Assembly (NCBI GenBank): GCA_041395205.1
Contig: JAWLAZ010000002.1
Location: forward strand, 589,686 to 653,685
DNA: 64,000 nt
Direction of reading: 5' to 3'
Source of the DNA: a bacterium
GTDB lineage: Bacteria > 4484-113 > JAFGCY01
Shown: positions 57,310-64,000 of the stretch, one piece after another
Numbering within the stretch: position 1 is the stretch's first letter
Layout: each line of letters begins with the position of its first letter
Translations under genes and position numbers: made by a program
The notes under the pieces: model-generated
The model's database searches: none
What the model was told of the DNA's origin: nothing
Seen by the model: only the letters and a program-made list of their open reading frames with translations

Positions 57310-57372
57310 CTCTATTTTGAGAGGTACCGGTATATCGTGCACACCGGTTGCTGGATATAATCAGGATGAGGG

Positions 57373-58938
57373 ATGTTTCTATCCATAGACAAGGAGCTTA
57401 GCCAGCCCGTCTACATGCAGATCCGCGACAAGATCGTGGAGATGATCAGAGGTGGGCTGCTTTCGGCCGGCGACAAGCTGCCCGGTACGCGCGAACTCGC
57501 CACGCAGCTGGGCGTCTCGCGCAAGACCGTGCTGCAGGCCTATCTGGAACTGGCCGCCGACTCCTGGGTGGAGAGCAAGCCCGGCAGCTGCACCTACGTG
57601 CTGGACCGCGATGCCTTCACCGGGCAGAGCAATGTCGGGCGGCGCGACTACGTCTCCGAGGGGCGGCGCAGTGAGCTGGAGATCCTCCCGGGCCAGCCGG
57701 ACCATGAGGTCGCGCAGATGGACTGGAGTGACTACTCCATTCCCGCAGCCTGGTTCCGGATGCCGGCGCATTACCAGAAGTGGAAGGGCGAGGAGGAATG
57801 GATCAGCTTCAGCCGGGCCATCCCGGATGCCAAGCTCTTCCCCTTCGAGCGCATCAAGAAGGTCTCCGGCCAGATGCTGTGGGACCCGCAGGCCTACTTC
57901 TTTGACTACGGCAACCCGCAGGGCTACCTGCCGCTCTGCGAGTACATCGAGATGCAGCAGGCCCGCGACGGGCTGAATGTCGCCGACGGCCGCAATGACT
58001 TCGTGGTCTGCAGCGGTTTCCAGTCGGCGCTGAACCTGCTGCTGACGATCCTGCTGAAACCCGGCGACATGGTCGCCGTGGAGAACCCGACCTTCAACGC
58101 CATCATCAACCTGCTCGAGGCGCGCGGCATCCCGCACCGCGGGATCCCGATGGAGCATGACGGGATGGACATTGACTACCTCGAGCGCCTCGTGGAGAAG
58201 GAGAAGCCGCGCCTGCTGATCACGATCCCCACGATGCACAACCCGACCGGCGTGACCATGAGCCGGGAGAAGCGCCAGCGCCTGATCCGCATCGCGCAGC
58301 AGCACAAGCTGCCGGTGATCGAGGACAACTGGGCGATGCTGCTCGGGCACGAGGGTGAGCACCAGCCCTCGCTGAAGACGCTCGACAGCGCCGGCAACGT
58401 GATCCAGATCGGCAGCTTCTCCAAGGCCTTCCTGCCCGGCAGCCGCGTGGCCTGGGTGGTGATCCCCAGCGACCTGGCGATGACCTTCATCATTGCCAAG
58501 CGCTCGATGGACAGAAGTGACAGCTACTTCCTGCAGACGCTCGTACATGAGTTCATCAGGAAGGGCTACATGGACCTGCACTGCCGCAAGGTGGACCGCA
58601 TCTACCGCGGCAGGCGTGAACTGATGGACGAAGTGATGCGTCAGCACTTCCCGGCGGAGGTCAGCTGGAAACGCCCGCGCGGCGGCTTCAGCTACTGGGT
58701 CTCCCTGCCCGCCGGGTTCAGCAGCAAGGACCTCCTCCGGGAGGCGGTGCAGGCCGGGATGGACTTCGCACCGGGCAACTATTTCCATGTCGGCCGCGAG
58801 GACAACGGATACTTCCGCCTGTCCTTCAGCACGCTCAACCAGTCGCAGATCCGCCAGGGTGTGCGGCGGCTGGGGGCGGTGATCCGCCGGGTGCTGGCCG
58901 ACAGGGGCAGAGAGAAATCGAACAGGAGTGCATCATGA
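57373..58938 (+). CDS. MocR-type transcriptional regulator (GntR HTH plus aminotransferase-like domain)
   Basis: N-terminal GntR wHTH (PVYMQIRDKIVEMIRGGLLSAGDKLPGTRELATQLGVSRKTVLQAYLEL) followed by a ~400-aa fold-type-I aminotransferase-like domain. Confidence 0.8.
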   Translation: MFLSIDKELSQPVYMQIRDKIVEMIRGGLLSAGDKLPGTRELATQLGVSRKTVLQAYLELAADSWVESKPGSCTYVLDRDAFTGQSNVGRRDYVSEGRRSELEILPGQPDHEVAQMDWSDYSIPAAWFRMPAHYQKWKGEEEWISFSRAIPDAKLFPFERIKKVSGQMLWDPQAYFFDYGNPQGYLPLCEYIEMQQARDGLNVADGRNDFVVCSGFQSALNLLLTILLKPGDMVAVENPTFNAIINLLEARGIPHRGIPMEHDGMDIDYLERLVEKEKPRLLITIPTMHNPTGVTMSREKRQRLIRIAQQHKLPVIEDNWAMLLGHEGEHQPSLKTLDSAGNVIQIGSFSKAFLPGSRVAWVVIPSDLAMTFIIAKRSMDRSDSYFLQTLVHEFIRKGYMDLHCRKVDRIYRGRRELMDEVMRQHFPAEVSWKRPRGGFSYWVSLPAGFSSKDLLREAVQAGMDFAPGNYFHVGREDNGYFRLSFSTLNQSQIRQGVRRLGAVIRRVLADRGREKSNRSAS

Positions 58939-59942
58939 ACTGGGTGAGATTGATGGGAGTGCTGGCCGTGAGCGCCGGCATCTGGGGGAGCACGGGCTGC
59001 GGCAGCAGCAAATCCGACAACGGCGGGCCACAGCCGCAGGTGCTGGCTCCGCAGGAGCTGAGCGCGGCCGGGCTGGCGCGCCTGCTCGTAAACGCCGACG
59101 GATCACAGACCAGCGTGAAGGGCACGGTCTCCGTGCGCGACTTCACGGTGCTGGACAACCTCGCGAATGAACCTTCCGAAACCGAGAACAAACCGGGGAT
59201 CCTCGTGCGCGTGATCGACCCCGGTGACGACATCCTCGTGGCCGGCAACCCCGATGGCAACGGTAACTTCGAACTGCTGCTGAACGGCGCTGTGCAGCTC
59301 GGGCGGCTCGAGGTGGAATTCCGCGTCAGTGAGGACGTGGATGGCGACGGCAGCGGCGGGGACACGATCCGCCAGACCGTGCCGCTCTACCTGCAGCAGG
59401 GCCGCGTGCACAATGTGGATGTGGAGATCAGCCGCGCCACGGCGCTCAGCATCGACCCGGTGCTGATTCCCGAGAAGGGTGAGGCCGTACTCGCGAGCAT
59501 TGACAAGCTGGATGCCGGCGGGCACGTCGCCACGGAGCTGGCCCAGCTGCAGGCCTCGGAGAGCCTGATCTCCGACTTCGACCGCGACGGCTTCATCGAA
59601 CCCGGCGACGACATCAGCTTCGAGGATGTCAACTTCGACGGCACCGGCGACCCGCTGGAGGTTCCGGCCAGCGCCGGCCAGGGCGCGGCGGAGATCCGCA
59701 CGCTGCTCGGCACGGTGGTCTCCGTCAGTGAGGAGCGCGGACTGATCAGCATCCGTGACAACGACGGCCGGATCGTGGATGTCAACGTGAGTTACTTCAC
59801 CCCCGTGGAACGCTTCGTGGTAAGCAGCCAGGGCGGGGCCTTCTTCAGCCTGTCAATCACCGAGCTCTCGCAGCTCGACGTGCAGGTGACGGGCTTCCAG
59901 TCCGGCGGCGTGTTCACCGCGCTGTCGGTGACGACCTTCTAA
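58935..59942 (+). CDS. lipoprotein of unknown function, translationally coupled to the mocR-like gene
   Basis: Start overlaps the regulator stop by 4 nt. Signal plus lipobox STGCGSS. Confidence 0.5.
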   Translation: MNWVRLMGVLAVSAGIWGSTGCGSSKSDNGGPQPQVLAPQELSAAGLARLLVNADGSQTSVKGTVSVRDFTVLDNLANEPSETENKPGILVRVIDPGDDILVAGNPDGNGNFELLLNGAVQLGRLEVEFRVSEDVDGDGSGGDTIRQTVPLYLQQGRVHNVDVEISRATALSIDPVLIPEKGEAVLASIDKLDAGGHVATELAQLQASESLISDFDRDGFIEPGDDISFEDVNFDGTGDPLEVPASAGQGAAEIRTLLGTVVSVSEERGLISIRDNDGRIVDVNVSYFTPVERFVVSSQGGAFFSLSITELSQLDVQVTGFQSGGVFTALSVTTF

Positions 59943-60039
59943 CTTCGCTGTTCCTGTCGCAAAAGAGGGGCATCGGTGAGCAATCACGGGTGCCCCTTTT
60001 GAGTTTCTGCCTCGCGCAAGCGCTCGGCAGTCTGACCCT

Positions 60040-60200
60040 GCGGCCACGCATTCGCGTGTCCGGGTCGGGTTGAAGTTAAGCTGTTGCCAAGGAAGATGCA
60101 TCGAGCCGAAAGCACGGGGCTTAGCTCCGGGCTTATCGGCAGACCCGCGAATGCTTGCATGAGCGGGCAAGGCAAGCCGACGCTTCGCTTCGGGGCTCCC
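60040..60200. repeat. type-3 repeat copy (inverted)
   Basis: CAGACCCGCGAATGCTTGCATGAGCGGGCAA at 60140-60170 is the reverse complement of 43503-43533. Confidence 0.55.
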
Positions 60201-60244
60201 CTGACAAATATACTTCCTAGATATCCCTGCGTTAGAATCTCAAT

Positions 60245-60409
60245 ATGAAATTCACGGTTGAGGTTGAACCCGGTGAGGACGGCTGGATCATCGCTTCCTG
60301 CCCATCGCTCCCCGGTTGCCACAGCCAGGGCATGAGCCGCGATGTAGCGCTTGCCAACATCCGTGAGGCGATTCTTGCCTGGCTGGAAGCTAGCAGCAGG
60401 GATATCTGA
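60245..60409 (+). CDS. HicB-like (UPF0150) small protein, stand-alone
   Basis: 54-aa ORF MKFTVEVEPGEDGWIIASCPSLPGCHSQGMSRDVALANIREAILAWLE. Not in the ORF track because it is under 60 aa. Resembles the N-terminal domain of the nearby hicB. Confidence 0.45.
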   Translation: MKFTVEVEPGEDGWIIASCPSLPGCHSQGMSRDVALANIREAILAWLEASSRDI

Positions 60410-60443
60410 AGTCTCTTTCCAGAGATGTCACGTTGGGTTCGGG

Positions 60444-60653
60444 TTACTTCCTCAGTGCTTTCAGAAATTCATCGTCTCCCACCCCGGACATATTGATTAT
60501 CCGTTTGAGCAGTCCTTTCTTGACTTCCCGGTGACGTGGAACGCTGATGGTGAATTCCTGGCCAGGCTTGTCCATGACCATGTGGCTGCCAGTCTGGTGC
60601 CTGAATTGCCAACCCAGTCGTTCAAGAGCCTTGCGAATCCGGTCTCCTGACAC
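60444..60653 (-). CDS. hicA: HicA-family mRNA interferase toxin
   Basis: From a GTG start: MSGDRIRKALERLGWQFRHQTGSHMVMDKPGQEFTISVPRHREVKKGLLKRIINMSGV, the HicA/YcfA pattern. It lies 22 nt downstream of the hicB stop. The ORF-track start at 60731 overlaps hicB and is rejected. Confidence 0.6.
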   Translation of the reverse strand: MSGDRIRKALERLGWQFRHQTGSHMVMDKPGQEFTISVPRHREVKKGLLKRIINMSGVGDDEFLKALRK

Positions 60654-60675
60654 GATTGGCAACTGAACCAAACTG

Positions 60676-60903
60676 CTAAACCTCCACTTCTTCCGTATCC
60701 GAAAACGCAAACTCAGGAGGTAAGGTTGCACTGGAGAATTCCTTACGCATCAACCTGACCTTTATCCATCCCTGAATTGCATCCTTGATGTTTTTTAGTG
60801 CTTCATCCCGGCTGTCGCCCTGGGACAGACAGCCCGGCAGTTCAGGCACTTCTGCAATGAACCCGCCGTCTTCATCCGGAGTGATGATTACCTTGAACTT
60901 CAC
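60676..60903 (-). CDS. hicB: HicB-family antitoxin
   Basis: MKFKVIITPDEDGGFIAEVPELPGCLSQGDSRDEALKNIKDAIQGWI is the UPF0150/HicB N-terminal domain. Confidence 0.6.
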   Translation of the reverse strand: MKFKVIITPDEDGGFIAEVPELPGCLSQGDSRDEALKNIKDAIQGWIKVRLMRKEFSSATLPPEFAFSDTEEVEV

Positions 60904-61222
60904 ATGCAGATTGTACCCGAGTTACCAATAATGCAATGAGCAGGCATGAATGTCGAAGATCAGGCGGCAGCATGCCGCCGCTGAGTTCGATGGGAGCGGA
61001 GCGCGAGCATTCAGCTCGCAGGACCGGCGGCAGTCAGCCGCCGTGTCGCAAGGCAGTCTATAGATTGGCAATCAAGGATTATCCATGCGGCACGTGGTGG
61101 CATTGAGGATAGTCATGGATGATGTCTCAGGTCAGAATCACGGGCTGAATGCTCGCGCTCCCCTCCCCCGTTGCCAGGCTTACACCTGGCCTCCTCGTTG
61201 CCCGGATTGCTCCGGGCCTCCG

Positions 61223-61804
61223 TCAGTCCTCGCAGTCGATCTCCAGCAGGCGGGCGATCCAGTGCTCCGGCAGGTCGCGCTCACGCGCCGTCTCCACGAG
61301 GAAGTCGCGGTAGGCGCTGCTCGGTGGGCGGTGCTCATCATCCGTGATCGTCAGCACGTAGGTGCTGGCCACCATGCGGTTGCCACCGCGGTCGTGGATG
61401 CGCACGCTGCGGCGGTGGTAGCGGTTGGGCACGCGCAGGTGCCGCTCCAGCGGCTTCAGGTCCTTGCCCCGCAGGTTGTAGAGCACGCCCCAGACCTCAT
61501 CGTTGTCATTGTTCGTGCGGATCAGGCTGGGCAGCGAGGTCTCGCGCGGCGGGTAGAAGTACGGGAACACCAGGCGGTGGCGCGGCACGCAGACCACCTT
61601 CTCCACGCGCATGCCCTTCACGTAGCGGGCGATCGTGGACTGGTCCAGCAGCTCGTCGAAGGCGAACAGGTAGTGCACCTGGCTCGTGGCCGGCAGCAGC
61701 GCCGCGTCGTCGATCTGGCTGCCCAGCGATTCCAGCAGGGCCGCCGGCTGCACGCTGGCGGTGTCCTGGTCCTCGGATTCCTCGACATCCTCGGGACGGA
61801 TCAT
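61223..61804 (-). CDS. gamma-glutamylcyclotransferase-like (AIG2/GGCT-fold) protein
   Basis: Start at MIRPEDVEE (ATG at 61804, with an AGGGAAGA RBS). YLFAFDELL and VLYNL blocks resemble the AIG2-like fold. Identification is weak. Confidence 0.4.
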   Translation of the reverse strand: MIRPEDVEESEDQDTASVQPAALLESLGSQIDDAALLPATSQVHYLFAFDELLDQSTIARYVKGMRVEKVVCVPRHRLVFPYFYPPRETSLPSLIRTNNDNDEVWGVLYNLRGKDLKPLERHLRVPNRYHRRSVRIHDRGGNRMVASTYVLTITDDEHRPPSSAYRDFLVETARERDLPEHWIARLLEIDCED

Positions 61805-61821
61805 CTCTTCCCTGTCGTCAG

Positions 61822-62532
61822 TCAATCTGTTACCTCGTTCTCCAACCACTCGACCGTGAAATGGTGACTTGCCCAGTCCAATGATACCGCTGAGATCGAA
61901 TCCCTGCCGGGGGCCGGGGCCGAGTAGAGCTGCTTGAAGACCAGGTTGTGCCCGCTGAGCAGGTAATCCGGGGAGCTGAAGGAATCCGCCTGGCGCCTGA
62001 GGTGCTCCCAAAGCGGATGCGCGCTGTCCAGCAGTTCAGCACTGCGCCGGCTGCCGTCCAGCAGCTGCAGTTCCAGCAGGCCGCGCTCGTCGGTTGTGAT
62101 GTCCGATTCGTCCAGGCTTTCCAGGGTACACAGCAGGATCAGCTGCCCGGCGAAGGCCGGATTCTGCAGCTCCAGCGGCTCAATGCGCAGCAGCAGGCGG
62201 CGGTCCGTGCTGTAGCCGATGTGCAGGTCCGGGCAGTCCGGCTCGCGCAGCAGCTCAGCCAGGCGTTCCCCGGCCCAGTCGATGCCAAGCAGCTGCTGCA
62301 GGCTCACGAGGCTCTGGATCGCCAGGTCGTACTGGATGCGCCGGGCCAGCTCATTGCCCGCCTCAGCCTCCCGCTCGATCCCGTCCAGCGCACTGCTCAG
62401 CTGGCCGAGCAGCAGGGTTGCCAGGGCATTGCCCTCGGCGAGCGAGGGCTCTGCGCTGTCCTGCGCGATGGCATGGCCGGCCAGGGCCAGCAGGCTCAGC
62501 AGCAGGATTGCCAGGCGCGCAAAGCTTCTCAC
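61822..62532 (-). CDS. secreted hypothetical protein, translationally coupled to purA
   Basis: Signal peptide MRSFARLAILLLSLLALAGHAIA. Its start overlaps the purA stop by 4 nt. Confidence 0.5.
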   Translation of the reverse strand: MRSFARLAILLLSLLALAGHAIAQDSAEPSLAEGNALATLLLGQLSSALDGIEREAEAGNELARRIQYDLAIQSLVSLQQLLGIDWAGERLAELLREPDCPDLHIGYSTDRRLLLRIEPLELQNPAFAGQLILLCTLESLDESDITTDERGLLELQLLDGSRRSAELLDSAHPLWEHLRRQADSFSSPDYLLSGHNLVFKQLYSAPAPGRDSISAVSLDWASHHFTVEWLENEVTD

Positions 62533-63806
62533 AGCATGATCGTGGCGTTGCGGTCCGCGCCCACGGAGACGATCTTCACCGGTGCACCGGCCTCGCGCGC
62601 GATCAGCTCCAGGTAACTGTTCAGCTCCGCGGGCAGATCAGCCGCGCTGCGCAGGCTGCTGGTGCTGCACTTCCAGCCGGGCAGGGTCTCATAGACCGGC
62701 TGGCAGCGCTCCAGCACCTCGGGGGCCATGTCCGGCCAGTCCAGGCGCTGCCCGTCCAGCTCATAGGCCACGCAGACCTTGATTTCCTCAAATTCATCAA
62801 GCACGTCAGTCTTCATGATGGCGAGCTCGGTGAATCCGTTCAGCTGTGTGGCATAACGCAGCAGCGGCAGGTCCAGCCAGCCGCAGCGGCGCGGGCGGCC
62901 GCTGACCGTGCCGAACTCGGCACCGGTGCGGGCCATGGTCTGGCCGGCGGGGCCCTCGTCCTCCGTGGGGAAGGGCCCGGCACCGACACGGGTGTTGTAG
63001 GCCTTGGCAACGCCGACCACGCGGTCGAGGTCGCGCCAGCTCAGGCCGGTGCCCAGCAGGGCGCCGCCGCTGATCGGGTGGCTGGAGGTCACGAAGGGGT
63101 ACGTGCCGTAGTCAATGTCGAGCAGCGTGCCCTGCGCACCCTCCAGCAGCAGGCGGGCATCCTCGGCCACCGCGCGGCGCACCATGCCGATGGTGTCCTG
63201 CACCAGCGGGGCGAGGATCTCCACGGTCGGGGCGACCTCAGCCCAGACGGCATCGGGGTCCATCAGCTCACGTTCGTAGTATCCGGTGAACAGCACGTTC
63301 TTGCGGCTGGCCAGGGCCTTGACGCGCTCCTCGAAGTCCGGCAGCAGCATGTCTCCGGCGCGCAGGCCGACGCGGAAGTACTTGTCGGCGTAGGCCGGTC
63401 CGATACCCTGCTTCGTGGTGCCGAGCGCGGCCTTGCCCTTGGCCTCCTCGAAGTAGAGATCCTGGGTCTTGTGGAAGGGCAGCACCAGGTGCGCATGCCT
63501 GCTGATGAACAGCTCGCCGCGGTAATGCCCGAGGCGGCGCAGGTTCTCGATCTCCCAGCAGAGCGTGACCGGGTTGGCAACCACGCCGTCGCAGAGGATG
63601 CAGCGGATGCCGTCAATCAGCATGCCGCTCGGCATCAGGTTGAACTTGTAGGTCTGGCCGTCGGAGATGACGGTGTGTCCGGCGTTGCTGCCACCCTGGT
63701 AGCGCAGTACGAAATCCTGGCCGCTGGACAGCAGATGTGCCAGCTTGCCCTTGCCTTCGTCGCCCCACTGGGCGCCGATGATCGTCGTGACGGGCATGTG
63801 CCTCAC
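62529..63806 (-). CDS. purA: adenylosuccinate synthetase
   Basis: GAQWGDEGKGK P-loop, GGSNAGHTV, and a full-length (425 aa) PurA pattern. Confidence 0.95.
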   Translation of the reverse strand: MRHMPVTTIIGAQWGDEGKGKLAHLLSSGQDFVLRYQGGSNAGHTVISDGQTYKFNLMPSGMLIDGIRCILCDGVVANPVTLCWEIENLRRLGHYRGELFISRHAHLVLPFHKTQDLYFEEAKGKAALGTTKQGIGPAYADKYFRVGLRAGDMLLPDFEERVKALASRKNVLFTGYYERELMDPDAVWAEVAPTVEILAPLVQDTIGMVRRAVAEDARLLLEGAQGTLLDIDYGTYPFVTSSHPISGGALLGTGLSWRDLDRVVGVAKAYNTRVGAGPFPTEDEGPAGQTMARTGAEFGTVSGRPRRCGWLDLPLLRYATQLNGFTELAIMKTDVLDEFEEIKVCVAYELDGQRLDWPDMAPEVLERCQPVYETLPGWKCSTSSLRSAADLPAELNSYLELIAREAGAPVKIVSVGADRNATIML

Positions 63807-63937
63807 TCCTGAAAAAGAAGAATTGCCTTGTTTAAAAACACATTCTAGGCCCGGTGCATTCCGTGGTCAAATCGACCATGCACTGCTAAAATGCTAAGTT
63901 CGCGGCATCCAGATGCCGCAGACCGGATACTCATCGG

Positions 63938-64000
63938 CATGAACCTGTTGCGCTCCAGCCTGCCCTGCCTGCTCCTGCTGCTGCTCGGAGCCTGCAGCGG
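63938..64000 (+). CDS. lipoprotein precursor, N-terminal fragment; continues beyond the window end
   Basis: MNLLRSSLPCLLLLLLGACS signal plus lipobox. Truncated by the window. Confidence 0.35.

Overview
This window is a GC-rich chromosomal segment from a flagellated bacterium whose lineage I cannot assign from sequence alone. Recognisable housekeeping genes are a class-I aminotransferase, purM, purA, lipB, recO, maf, phnC/phnE, a CBS-less IMPDH-family gene and an RmlA-like nucleotidyltransferase. It also holds a stand-alone flagellar hook module (fliK-flgD-TIGR02530-like-flgE), an ECF sigma/anti-sigma pair, a MocR-type regulator, and a HicA/HicB toxin-antitoxin pair. Many genes encode lineage-specific secreted proteins or lipoproteins, several as tandem paralog pairs, two with dockerin-like Ca-binding repeats (one with a cohesin-like domain, one with FN3 repeats).

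The most striking property is the density of interspersed structured repeats. I see at least three REP-like hairpin families, assembled into ~250-550 bp nested-palindromic REPIN-like composite elements that together fill roughly 10% of the window. Two different REP-associated tyrosine transposase (RAYT, IS200-like) genes are present, each flanked by its own REP type. Heptamer inverted tandem arrays sit at convergent and divergent gene junctions.

The best candidate for an undescribed system is an operon downstream of flgE and its terminator: a catalytically dead Ser/Thr-kinase-like pseudokinase, a 1930-aa acidic, all-helical/TPR-like giant protein, and a coiled-coil protein. One hypothesis is a HubP/FimV-like polar landmark scaffold.

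Two likely gene-disrupting frameshifts are visible: a G6 homopolymer that splits a ~770-aa membrane protein, and a 19-nt duplication in one copy of a tandem paralog pair. A low-GC islet at the window start carries a DUF3800 gene. I found no rRNA, tRNA or CRISPR. All protein calls rest on motif-level recognition from the supplied translations; no database search was possible.
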